Of a stretch of 64,000 nt of DNA, positions 40,058 to 51,512 are shown one piece after another. The first letter of the stretch is position 1; every line of letters starts with the position of its first letter. The DNA lies in NCBI RefSeq assembly GCF_964194025.1, contig NC_134473.1, forward strand, positions 52,886,001-52,950,000, in the 5' to 3' direction. Both the position numbers and the translations under genes were made by a program. Below the pieces are notes generated by a model. It ran no database searches, was not told the origin of the DNA, and worked only from the letters and a program-made list of their open reading frames with translations. The DNA comes from Convolutriloba macropyga. Its lineage: Eukaryota.

Positions 40058-40569
40058 TGTAATATACCACTTCTTAACAAAAAGAGAACTACATTTTTGC
40101 TGTGATCTTGCATTACACAAGCTTATGATATAGCGTGTGAGTCCACAGGAAAAAAAATAGAAGCACTTGTGGCATTATCTGAAATGAATTGCGTTTTCAA
40201 AATCGAGATGTTCTGCGGATCGTCAAAATTTATGGTTACTGTTCTGCCATCAATTGAACTGGATGTAAAGATGTAAACTGGATGGTGCCGAAAAATATCT
40301 GTTCTGCCCGCTGAAGTGTAATATACCACTTCTTAACAAAAAGAGAACTACATTTTTGCTGTGATCTTGCATTACACAAGCTTATGATATAGCGTGTGAG
40401 TCCACAGGAAAAAAAATAGAAGCACTTGTGGCATTATCTGAAATGAATTGCGTTTTCAAAATCGAGATGTTCTGCGGATCGTCAAAATTTATGGTTACTG
40501 TTCTGCCATCAATTGAACTGGATGTAAAGATGTAAACTGGATGGTGCCGAAAAATATCTGTTCTGCCCC
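40058..40569. repeat. Identical tandem duplication, 259-bp period
   Basis: tgtaatataccacttcttaac at 40058 and 40317; identical translated segments in ORFs 40123-40329 and 40382-40612. Confidence 0.95.
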
Positions 40570-41913
40570 CCCCCCTCCTCCCCCCCCCTCGTTGCATTCT
40601 CCGTGAAGACAATATTTAAATAAATAAATGCTTTAGAATTTCTATTAATCTTGTATTTAGCCATAATTTCGATGAATTAAGTGTTAACAAATCCTGTGGA
40701 GTTTTTGAAATTCAGGATGATGGTGATTTTCATGATGTTCAGACCAAAATCAGGGTAAAAATTCATAATGCTCACCGAAACCTCAGAATTGAGATTCATG
40801 ATGTAAAGAGTCAGCTCGGAATAAGTTAGCTCGGTTTAATATAATTTTATCACGAAATGTCCCATTAGATGCTATGATCAGATCTCTGAGCATAGAAAAA
40901 AAACAAAATGAATTTTCGATGATTCAGTTCTGAACTACTCTGACACCCAGTTCAGGACCCAAAACGGTTTCATCCTACTAGATGTAGCTTTTGTAATGGA
41001 ATTGATCATGGAAGAAAAAAATGTTTTGGAATTTTGAGCAATATGTTGCTTTTGTTTGTTGTACAATGTCAAAAAATGGTTAAAAAAAGTTTCGAAGAGT
41101 TTTTGTGGTTGTTATTAACACGCTCAAATTCCGTTCCATTTGAACTCCCTCTAATTTTCTATCGCATCGTTTCATATATATTTTTCTATAATTGTATTGC
41201 TTTTCTGATCAACGCGCGTCCAAAAAACGATTACCATGAAAGCATAATCTATTGTTTATCACATATGCGTTTGGATTTAGCCTATTCCTAATTTGGTCTG
41301 AATATTTTGCTGTCTATTTTCTATCAAGTTGCAGGTACTTTAGTTATGCTTTTCCTCCATTTGTTCAATTGAGCCAGAAAATTCATATATGTTTTTTTTT
41401 ATAAAAACGTATTAAAGTGTAACAAATTTCATGTTGATATCGATATTATTAGCCAAATAAACATAAGTTCTGTTTCAGGGAAAACCTTAAAGAAAAAATT
41501 GTATTGAGAAAAAGATTAAGACTTTTTGGAAAAATTGAGATAGAGTTTCAAGGGTGGGATTTTTTTGTTGCCAATTGAAACTGTAGATTAATCGTTAAAA
41601 ACGATTAATAAATTGTTGAAAATTTCAAAACAATAGAACTGTACTTTCAAAAATACATTTTGTTTTAAATGCAAAAGGAAACAACTAATAGAAAAGATGG
41701 TCAAAAAAAATTGTTGAAAGTGTAAAAAGTGTGTAAAACAAAAAGGCCTAAAAATTCAAATTTCGTTTCTTTTTCATTTGAAAATGAGACCTTTCATTCC
41801 GATTCAGCACACTATACAATTATCTGACCTGAAAATATTTTCTTCGAACAGCCATAGGATGTGTATATGTACAAAAATAAATCGTAGTGAGGATTTTTTT
41901 TCTCTAATGCTCC

Positions 41914-42417
41914 NNNNNNNNNNNNNNNNNNNNNNNNNNNNNNNNNNNNNNNNNNNNNNNNNNNNNNNNNNNNNNNNNNNNNNNNNNNNNNNNNNNNNNN
42001 NNNNNNNNNNNNNNNNNNNNNNNNNNNNNNNNNNNNNNNNNNNNNNNNNNNNNNNNNNNNNNNNNNNNNNNNNNNNNNNNNNNNNNNNNNNNNNNNNNNN
42101 NNNNNNNNNNNNNNNNNNNNNNNNNNNNNNNNNNNNNNNNNNNNNNNNNNNNNNNNNNNNNNNNNNNNNNNNNNNNNNNNNNNNNNNNNNNNNNNNNNNN
42201 NNNNNNNNNNNNNNNNNNNNNNNNNNNNNNNNNNNNNNNNNNNNNNNNNNNNNNNNNNNNNNNNNNNNNNNNNNNNNNNNNNNNNNNNNNNNNNNNNNNN
42301 NNNNNNNNNNNNNNNNNNNNNNNNNNNNNNNNNNNNNNNNNNNNNNNNNNNNNNNNNNNNNNNNNNNNNNNNNNNNNNNNNNNNNNNNNNNNNNNNNNNN
42401 NNNNNNNNNNNNNNNNN
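41914..42417. other. Assembly gap (N run)
   Basis: Run of N. Confidence 1.
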
Positions 42418-42522
42418 CTTGTTAATGTTTGTGAGTCGATTAGTGAGTTTGTGCGCGCGTGTGTCCATTGGTGCATGAACTAGTGTGTTCATGAGTTTGT
42501 GCATATGTTCGAGTGTAAATGT

Positions 42523-42588
42523 GTGAGTGAGTCAGTGAGTGAGTGAGTAAGTGAGTGAGTGAGTGAGTAAGTGGGAGAAGAGTGAGTA
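42523..42588. repeat. (GAGT)n microsatellite
   Basis: gtgagtgagtcagtgagtgagtgagtaagtgagtgagt... Confidence 0.9.
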
Positions 42589-44069
42589 TTATAGAAAAGT
42601 GTGGAGAGAATGAAACGAAATTATATCCAATTTGTCCGGTTTGCGAAGTTCTTTTCTCAAGTTGAATATCAATTGCTGAACGAGAGAAATTCTCGTGCTG
42701 TTCAAAATTTTTTCAGTGTTCCAAGGTTATCAATAACCTGCTATATCTATGTTTAGGCAGATATTTATGTAATTTCAATTTTAAATTGCTCAAAGTAAAC
42801 AAGAGTTTCTCAGTTTTAAATATGGCCTCTTGTTAAATCGAAATGTAGCATTTCAAACTTTCGCAAAATTTTCATACCAGTCTTTTTTTGAGTTTATATG
42901 AAACACTGGATTTTTAGGAGATTCTACTAGTCAGAGTTGAGCACAGATTTTCTCTCGGTTTAACGAACAGGAAGAAATGTGTAACTGAATCAAATTTATT
43001 CACGATTTGAGCTCCGAATTTTTTACTTTTCAAACAATGGGAAATCAAATTTTGTGTAGGTTTAGGTTGTTTCTAATGTACAGTGAATACTATACTTTTG
43101 TAAACAAAAACTATAATACACTTTGCTAATTGTGTTGACTCGAGAGTCTTCCTTCTTATCAAAATTACTTGGTTCAATCGTGTATCTACTTTTAGTTTAT
43201 ATATAACTGTTGTGGGTGTGATTACCTCTGGAAACAATAAAACACCACAATTCTACTAGTCGTTTCTTGTAGTGTACTGTTTGCGTCTCTTTTGTTCTTT
43301 TCAATTCAAAAACTGCCTTGTATTGCGTGTTATCACTTTTTTCAGATCTGTGCTCTTATTTTGATAAAGTTTAAAGTCAAGTTTTCACTTAAAGTACAGT
43401 GAAAAAACGATGTTTGAACGAAATTTCGTTTCATCGATGCTGGCGATTTGTTCATAGGCTGCAATTTGTTTCCTTTTCGTACTGCTTTTTCGAGATTTAA
43501 AATTTTTTCTAAATAGTTCGCAAGTCTTCTTTCAATCAATTTGGAGTTTAGTTTTTGTTTGCGTTGGTTAATGGAAACTTTTATATTGGAATTGAGGTCT
43601 TGCCTTCTTCTGTTTTTCCTAGATTCTGATCACGTAATTGGCTTTTTCTCATGTCAATGAGAAGTTGAATTGGTAATGTCATTTTAATCGCGCTGAAGTT
43701 GTATAAACAGGCAAGCAGTTTCAGGTTTTTAAAACTGCTTTTGAATCTGAACCAGAAAACAGCGTTTAAACAAGTTCTATGCTTTGCAGAGAACATTTTT
43801 GTTCATGCGAGGCATTTTGTTTTTTACCGTTCCTTTGAGTTTCTAAGGACTTTTGGGTCTTTTCCATTATAGCTCCCGACCAGCTTAGTGGTCAGAGAAC
43901 CTATAGTCCCCAATTATGGTAAATATACGGATCTAATCTTTTTCGCCCCCACCCTCAGTGTTTTTATGATCCCCAGTTATATGTTGTTATATAGCACGTT
44001 ACTATGTAAGAAAAGTGCACGTGCGCTTGAGGGTCATAAAAAATTATGCTCACTAAGCTGGGCGGGGGG

Positions 44070-45250
44070 AGTAGTAATAGTTAAGCAAGACAGGGGGGTA
44101 AAAAGAAGTACCTATGTATTACCATTAGGTATAGCCCATTTTCCCTCAAATCCCAAAGATGTACCTCACAGCAAGATACCCACGCTGTTCACAAGAGGGG
44201 GATTAGGAAGTTAATCCCTTAAGATTAAATTAGTAAGGCCATTTACTCATTCCCATATTGCACTTTAATAATGTAAATTTCCAAAGACGTACCTCACAGC
44301 AAGATACCCAAGCTAATCTCTCAAAGGGGATTAGTTAGGTAATGTTTTGATATTAAATTAGATAGGGTGACTCATTTACACTTACGTACGGTTTACGTGA
44401 TTTTCAAAAGTGTTCCACACAGCATGATACCCAAGCTGTTCGCATGATACCCAAGCTGTTCACACGAAAGGGATTAGCAAGACAGTGCCTTAACAACAAA
44501 TTAGTAAGGACATTGACCCCCTACCATATTACAGTTTACAAATGTAAATTTCCAAAGATGTACCTCCTCACAGCATGATACCCAAGCTGTTTACACGAAG
44601 GGGACTAGCAAGATAATCCTTCAATAATAATCTAGGATGACTAATTTACAGTTACGTACGACTTTTCAAAAATTTACCACACAGCATGACACCCAAGCTG
44701 TTCACACTAACGGGATTAGTAAAATAGTGTCTTAACAACAAATTAATAAGGTCATTTACCCCCTACCATATTACACTTTACTAATGTCAATTTCCAAAGA
44801 CGTACCTCACAGCTTGATACCCCAGCTTTTCTAACGAAAGTGATTAGCAGGATAATGTTTTAATAATAAATTAGGTAGGATGACTCATTTACAGTTACGT
44901 ACGTTAGACGTGATTTTCAAAAATGTACCTCACAGTATGATACCCACGCTGTTCTCACGAAAGGGATTAGCAAGATAGTGCCTTAACAAATTAGTAAGGA
45001 CATTGACCCCTACCATATTACAGTTTACTAATGTAAATTTCCAAAGATGTACCTCCTCACAGCATGATACCCAAGCTGTTTACACGAAGGGGACTAGCAA
45101 GATAATCCTTCAATAATAATTTAGGATGACTAATTTACAGTTACGTACGACTTTTCAAAAATTTACCTCACAGCATGATACCCAAGCTGTTCACACTAAC
45201 GGGATTAGTAAAATAGTGTCTTAACAACAAATTAATAAGGTCATTTACCC
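44070..45250 (+). repeat. Left TIR plus array of nine ~125-bp units
   Basis: Core tacctcacagcatgatacccaagctgttcacacgaaagggattagcaagat at ~44161, 44290, 44415, 44565, 44680, 44803, 44925, 45050 and 45165; higher-order 489-bp duplication (44522 vs 45011). Confidence 0.93.
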
Positions 45251-45548
45251 ACGCATTCCCATATTAACAAAAAAGTACATTATTTTTAATTTTTGGTTTT
45301 TACAGATTTTTTAACAATTTTTAAATCAATTTTTTGTTTAAAATAGAGTTTTACTGTGTCGTTTTAAACTGAATTCCAATTTTCCTATTTCAGAAAAAGT
45401 TGTATTATTGTTTTGAAAATGTTCATTTCTTATTTTTTTTAGCCAATCAACTAATCTGTCAGATCTGATTTTGGAATGTTGATGCTGAAAAACATTATTG
45501 ACTCATTTTGTCTTTTGTCTTGGTTGAGCATTAGTAGCCTAAAGAGAA

Positions 45549-46175
45549 ATGCAAAATACTCCAATTCTTCCTTTACTTCCTTCTACATCTTTTCTCTCTA
45601 CACTGCATTCAGGTTTAGATTACGTTCCTATCACGGAAGAATCAATATTTAAAACGGTAGTAACCGAGAACAATTTGGAATTATCGTTTGAGGTGGATTG
45701 CACTAGAGTAACAATTAAAACATAGACTACTAGCTTGACACTTCCGAAGGATTTGTGGAGAACTTTAGAGGCAGCTAGACATCATAACCTCCAGCTAGCC
45801 GAAGAAAAAGTCAACAATTCATTGCTTTCTCTCCAAACTTATTTTCAAACCATTGAAAGAATTCCAAAAGAACAAGGGTTTCACCCGTTGAAAGACAGCA
45901 AAGGTATTATGTTCCCGTACTCTCGTGACATAAATCACTACGGTGTTTGGTGGGTAGAAGACATGTTCTCCAAGCATGCTGACTCATTTTCTAAAAAACC
46001 AGAAGCCTTCATTCTGCCCGATTTCAAAGATCTTATTCTTCCTCCGATTCAAGAAACTGACAATGAAGAGAGTCAATCATCTCATCAAAATATTCCTTTC
46101 TCGAAATGTAGGTGTTCTCCAATAGAACAGAGAGATAACTCGCTTGTGTTCGATGCTAAAATTTCCCTCACGTGA
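45549..46175 (+). pseudogene. Polinton hypothetical ORF (~208 codons, one in-frame TAG)
   Basis: ATG at 45549 is in frame with ORF 45735-46175 and separated from it by a single TAG at ~45723. Confidence 0.6.
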
Positions 46176-46483
46176 CTAAATATAGAAAACTCATCTTTGA
46201 CATAAAGTGATGTTACTAAAAAAAGAAGTGACATAACTATTACGTCATGATGCAAGCTCTATTTTCGTTGGTTACGAATTATTTTATAAGATCTCATTGG
46301 ATACGAAGCTTATTTTTGCTACTGTTCTCGTTCTTACTTAAATTTCATTGGTTCAAGATTTCAAGCCCTTTCTTGAAGACAATTCATTCATTTGTTTCTT
46401 TCCACTCTCAATATTCAGTTACACTTGTATACCCAACTTTTCTGCTTTAAAAATTTTACATACTTCACATTCTCACTTCACAG

Positions 46484-47269
46484 ATGGATCAAAGCTCTGT
46501 CTCTCCTAACTTCAAAAAACCATTCTCCTTTCCCTTCCGCAAATGAGATTACAAAGGAAAACCAGTTTTTCCCTCACCACAGTTGGAATACCACAATGAG
46601 AGCATGTTTTCTCTATTTAAAGACAACAACGATAAAAAAGACAACACCGGCCCAAAACCAAATGAGGAGCACGATGGAAGAAACAACTGTTGGTCCTTTC
46701 AAGAATACGGGAACCAGAAGTTTCAAATCAGCATTCCAGAGGAAACCGTCAACACAAACTCTAACTGGACTCACTTGAAAGTATTTCGCGAAAACGTGGA
46801 AAGTGAATATGTTCTGCATCAATTTCTGATGCTATCGGCCAGAGAATTGAAGCTTGTTATTGAAAAGATACCTGAGATGATAAAAGAAGCACTACTGTTC
46901 GAACCTACTGTAGGTACTGCGAAGCTGGTGATTGACGACACTGTGTTCCAACCAACTGATATTGAGGAAAAAGCAAAATTTGACGTGTTCTGGGAGGTGA
47001 GTGAGACTGCTCGACGGAAGGTGTGTGTGACTAGAATATTTTTCCAAGATGATCCGAATTTATGTTATTTCACAATCAAGCTGTTCACACGAGGGACTGA
47101 AAAGGACAGTTTTAGAAGGAAATGCTTTCTTTCGGTCAGAATTGGTGAGATGGAGAAAGTACACAAAATGAGTGATGAAATTATTTCAGTGCTGAACAAA
47201 GTCAAAAATCAAAAAAAGATCGCAAAGTGCATAACTGTAATTGTAATTTTTTTATATTGTATGTTGTGA
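46484..47269 (+). pseudogene. Polinton ORF with two internal repeats resembling PC4/PUR/Whirly ssDNA-binding folds (one in-frame TGA)
   Basis: ATG at 46484 is in frame with ORF 46583-47269; two ~70-aa segments share a W..E...K.h.h...h.hKhF........h.h...Eh..h pattern; the fold call is inference. Confidence 0.55.
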
Positions 47270-47322
47270 TGTTTGTATTTAATCACTTTTTAAAATTTAA
47301 TGTTCCGGTACAGTTGCTAGAT

Positions 47323-47721
47323 ATGAACATTGAGGAAATTGTAGCGTTGGAGAAAGAAATCAGTAAACTTTTTGTTGGAAATACAAAACGCAAAAATTAT
47401 TTTTTGGCTGTCTGTCGAAGCTTGGACAAAAGTGTAGATCTGGATAAAATCAACAGAGAAACTCCGTTTGGGGGACTAATAGGAGTTGGTGATTCAAAGT
47501 TAGAAAAACTTCTCAATTGGTCAAAAAATTTTCGATTTCATGCTACATTTCATGATGCCGCAGGATGCCTGAAAACAAATCTAAATATCGGCCCTGGATA
47601 TTGTTACATGGTTCCATTTTTTAATTCTAGATTGAATTTTTGTTTCTTGGGACATATGACAGGTTTTGCATATTGTCGTTTTTTGAAAATGTCACCACGA
47701 TTCCAATTAATCAAAGTGTGA
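47323..47721 (+). CDS. Putative phospholipase A2-like HD protein
   Basis: Intact ~132-aa ORF with PFGGLIGVGD (Gly loop), HATFHDAAG (HD dyad) and GPGYCY; adintoviruses are known to carry PLA2-like genes. Confidence 0.5.
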   Translation: MNIEEIVALEKEISKLFVGNTKRKNYFLAVCRSLDKSVDLDKINRETPFGGLIGVGDSKLEKLLNWSKNFRFHATFHDAAGCLKTNLNIGPGYCYMVPFFNSRLNFCFLGHMTGFAYCRFLKMSPRFQLIKV

Positions 47722-47763
47722 ATCATTATTACCTAAAGACGAACAAAAATCAGTTGCTCTCTA

Positions 47764-48018
47764 ATGACAGATCATCTCAATCACGCATCTGACTTTATTT
47801 TTGATAATAACCAGCAAGAAAGACCTCCTTGGAAAATCTGTGGTCGCACCTGCTCTCGAACAGCTTTTCTGTCAATATTTCAGTGCTTAGTTGTATTAGT
47901 ACTGCTTCTGTTTTCAATTATTAATCTTATTTTTGCTAGAACTTGTGACGAACGAACAGTTTGGATTGCTATTCTTTCAAGTGCCGTTGGTTATATACTT
48001 CCGAATCCCAGAACATAA
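47764..48018 (+). CDS. Small two-transmembrane-helix Polinton protein
   Basis: Intact 84-aa ORF: WKICG, hydrophobic IFQCLVVLVLLLFSIINL and VWIAILSSAVGYILPNP; lies directly upstream of the ATPase. Confidence 0.7.
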   Translation: MTDHLNHASDFIFDNNQQERPPWKICGRTCSRTAFLSIFQCLVVLVLLLFSIINLIFARTCDERTVWIAILSSAVGYILPNPRT

Positions 48019-48019
48019 A

Positions 48020-48688
48020 ATGAACAAAATCATTTCAACAAACGAACGAATTTTGATGTATCTTGTTGGTCCTTCCGGATCTGGAAAAACTGTCTTTATC
48101 AATGATATGCTGCGAATGAGAACTTTTCAACCATCATTTGATCGAGTTTTATACTTTTATAAGCACTTTCAGCCAATTTACGACACAATGGTGCAATCAA
48201 TTGCAGACATAGAATTCATTCAGGGCGTCGACTTTGATTTAATCGACAACTTACCCGCTGAAGGCACTAAATATTTACTTATATTCGATGATTCATTTGA
48301 CATTTTTTCCAAGTCGGAAAAATTCAACGGAATTGCGACAGTTGGTAGACATCGAAACCTAAATTGTGTATATATCAAGCATAATCTCTTCCACAAAAAC
48401 AAAAAAGGACGTGATGCCGAGCTGCAGACTACTCACATTGTTTTGTTCAAATCACCTAGAGATGTGCAGCAAATTGATATCTTGGGAAGACAGCTAGGTC
48501 TCGGAAGACAAATAAAACAGTGGTATGATGTTGCAACACAAGAACCATATGCTCATCTTATGATTGATTTGAGACCATCTACACCTGATTTGTTGAGATA
48601 CTGTTCAAATGTAACATCATTTCGCTCAGAATTCTTCGTACCGAACAGTCGTGCTCGTTTTACTGATATTAATGATAAACCCACATAA
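48020..48688 (+). CDS. A32/FtsK-HerA family DNA packaging ATPase
   Basis: Walker A GPSGSGKT, Walker B LLIFDD, GRH arginine motif, HNLF, VLFKSPRD; stop may be slightly premature. Confidence 0.93.
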   Translation: MNKIISTNERILMYLVGPSGSGKTVFINDMLRMRTFQPSFDRVLYFYKHFQPIYDTMVQSIADIEFIQGVDFDLIDNLPAEGTKYLLIFDDSFDIFSKSEKFNGIATVGRHRNLNCVYIKHNLFHKNKKGRDAELQTTHIVLFKSPRDVQQIDILGRQLGLGRQIKQWYDVATQEPYAHLMIDLRPSTPDLLRYCSNVTSFRSEFFVPNSRARFTDINDKPT

Positions 48689-48779
48689 CTATTATAATCT
48701 GAAGCTCTTTCGGAATCTCAGCTTTTCTTCTAAATTGTCCTAAAGAGTTCATCAGATTTCTCTGATGAACTCTTTAGGA

Positions 48780-49497
48780 ACAGATCGTAATATTTTTACT
48801 GACTTGCGATCTACTCGATTATTCATCAGAGGAAGGGTTATTAAAGGAGATCGAACAGGTTTAGACAAAGACGAAGAAACATTATTGGTAAACAATGCTC
48901 TTCATTCTCTTTTCTCTAATTGTGAAGTCTATCTAAACAATGAACAAGTTCACAGTGCTTCGAGAACCTGCCATATTTTACTATTATGAAGAAGTTCCAA
49001 AGACGTTTATTTTTCCCGCAGGACAGAACCAGTTTATACAAGAAAAAATATTTTCGAACAAACCAATTCGAATGATTGATATTGATATGAATCTGAATAA
49101 TGAGTTCAGTGGAACATACAACACGAATTCGTTCCATTTTCGTAAATTTGGTCTTCGAAAAGTTAAAATTGTGCGTGGGAATCAAACTATAGTCAACTTG
49201 AAAACAGAAAATCACGTGAGAGCTTATATTGAAACAATGAAAGCACTCAATTTTGATGATGACGGTCCTAACATTCAATACAAGGATTCTGAAAACCATT
49301 TTCATTTATTTTTCGATCTTACTTCCACACAGGAGGCCAATGTCGAAATGCATTTTCCTGATGTAGTTGGAGCAGGAATTCCTTTAGAGCTCTACTTTGC
49401 AAACAATTTGACCAATACTGTAGAATTATTTGTTAGTGGTGAACGTATAAGTTCAATTGCAATTGATAAGGAGGGATCAGTCACCAAAAATGGATAA
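48780..49497 (+). pseudogene. Polinton major capsid protein (double jelly-roll), N-truncated and internally deleted
   Basis: DLRSTRL...VNNALHSLFSNCEVYLNNEQV joined out of frame at ~48958 to the C-terminal half KTFIFPAG...FSGTYNTNSFHF...FDLTS...LELYF...GER.S.I.ID. Confidence 0.85.
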
Positions 49498-49882
49498 TCA
49501 ACAACTCTTACAAGTTGTCAACAGGTTCCCACACCTAAAGTTCAAATACCTCGGTTCCTTCCCTGCAGATCTTCGACCAAAAAATTTACCTACAAAAACG
49601 TTTTGTATAATCAACATCGATCCATCTACTCAACCGGGCTCCCACTGGATTTTGCTTGCGAATAAGAATGGAAAGTTGTTCTACGGTGATTCGATGGGAG
49701 AAGTTTTGGAAAATATGGCATCAGGACAAAAGCAAACTTTGGTTCATTAGTACAGGAGAATCCAAGATTCAGAATTGTGTGGTTTATATGCTACTTATTT
49801 TGCATATGTATTATTTTCCAAAGTCTCATCTAAATATTTAAAAGATTTTTATATTTTGAAGTTCTTTGCTGATGTTTTGTGA
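49490..49882 (+). pseudogene. Adenain-like cysteine maturation protease, copy 1 (in-frame TAG)
   Basis: YLGSFPAD, IINIDPSTQPGSHW (His), YGDSMG (Asp); reading through the TAG at 49748 gives IQDSELCGLY (Gln/Cys). Confidence 0.9.
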
Positions 49883-50350
49883 GTTTTGAAAACGAAAGTC
49901 TTGAACTGTTTCAACAGTAATCCGTAAAATGTTGCAAATGGTTTTCAAAACTTTCTATTGAGGTTTTGTAATTTTGTGTTTAATTAATTGTATGTGTATT
50001 TGTATCTAATTCATTTATTTCAAAAAAAGGTCTTTTGTTGAAAAGAGATTTTGGTAGGAAAACTGAATTAAAAACATAAGTAAAGAGGCGATGTAAGTAT
50101 AAGACTAAGGAAAATGAGTTTTAAATCTAAAGGAGTAGTGTGAATACCATCTTCACAGACTTTACGCTACGGATAAAAATATGACAGTCCTACTTTCTTT
50201 AGTTCGTAGATACGAACTTTCTTGTTGTCAACAACTCTGAACCCACGATTTGTTGAATAAACTCGCTCCTCATTGAACAGAACTTTTCTATACTTGTTTA
50301 GGGAATCCTCAATATTGTTCTTGTTGAGTTCTTTACTTGATAGTTTAACT

Positions 50351-50891
50351 GCTTCGAGAACCTGCCATATTTTACTATTATGAAGAAGTTCCAAAGACGT
50401 TTATTTTTCCCGCAGGACAGAACCAGTTTATACAAGAAAAAATATTTTCAAACAAACCAATTCGAATGATTGATATTGATATGAATCTGAATAATGAGTT
50501 CAGTGGAACATACAACACGAATTCATTCCATTTTCGTAAATTTGGTCTTCGAAAAGTTAAAATTGTGCGTGGGAATCAAACTATAGTCAACTTGAAAACA
50601 GAAAATCACGTGAGAGCTTATGTTGAAACAATGAAAGCACTCAATTTTGATGATGACGGTCCTAACATTCAATACAAGGATTCTGAAAACCATTTTCATT
50701 TATTTTTCGATCTTACTTCCACACAGGAGGCCAATGTCGAAATGCATTTTCCTGATGTAGTTGGAGCAGGAATTCGTTTAGAGCTCTACTTTGCTAACAA
50801 TTTGACCAATACTGTAGAATTATTTGTTAGTGGTGAACGTATAAGTTCAATTGCAATTGATAAGGAGGGATCAGTCACCAAAAATGGATAA
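50351..50891 (+). pseudogene. Major capsid protein C-terminal half, copy 2
   Basis: Duplicate of 48957-49497; retains IRLELYF. Confidence 0.85.
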
Positions 50892-51276
50892 TCAACAACT
50901 CTTACAAGTTGTCAACAGGTTCCCACACCTAAAGTTCAAATACCTCGGTTCCTTCCCTGCAGATCGTCGACCAAAAAATTTACCTACAAAAACGTTTTGT
51001 ATAATCAACATCGATCCATCTACTCAACCGGGCTCCCACTGGATTTTGCTTGCGAATAAGAATGGAAAGTTGTTCTACGGTGATTCGATGGGAGAATTTT
51101 TGGAAAATATGGCATCAGGACAAAAGCAAACTTTGGTTCATTAGTACAGGAGAATCCAAGATTCAGAATTGTGTTGTTTTTATGCTACTTATTTTGCATA
51201 TGTATTATTTTCCAAAGTCTCATCTAAATATTTAAAAGATTTTTATATTTTGAAGTTCTTTGCTGATGTTTTGTGA
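50884..51276 (+). pseudogene. Cysteine protease, copy 2
   Basis: Duplicate with the same TAG; ELCGLY has become ELCCFY. Confidence 0.88.
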
Positions 51277-51512
51277 GTTTTGAAAACGAAAGTCTTGAAC
51301 TGTTTCAACAGTAATCCGTAAAATGTTGCAAATGGTTTTCAAAACTTTCTATTGAGGTTTTGTAATTTTGTGTTTAATTAATTGTATGTGTAGTTGTATC
51401 TAATTCATTTATTTCAAAAAAGGTCTTTTGTTGAAAAGAGATTTTGGTAGGAAAACTGAATTAAAAACATAAGTAAAGAGGCGATGTAAGTATAAGACTA
51501 AGGAAAATGAGT

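Noticed and set aside
44150-45250. CRISPR array
   Set aside because: Spacers fall into two reiterated types, the array mirrors the opposite TIR, there are no cas genes and the context is eukaryotic
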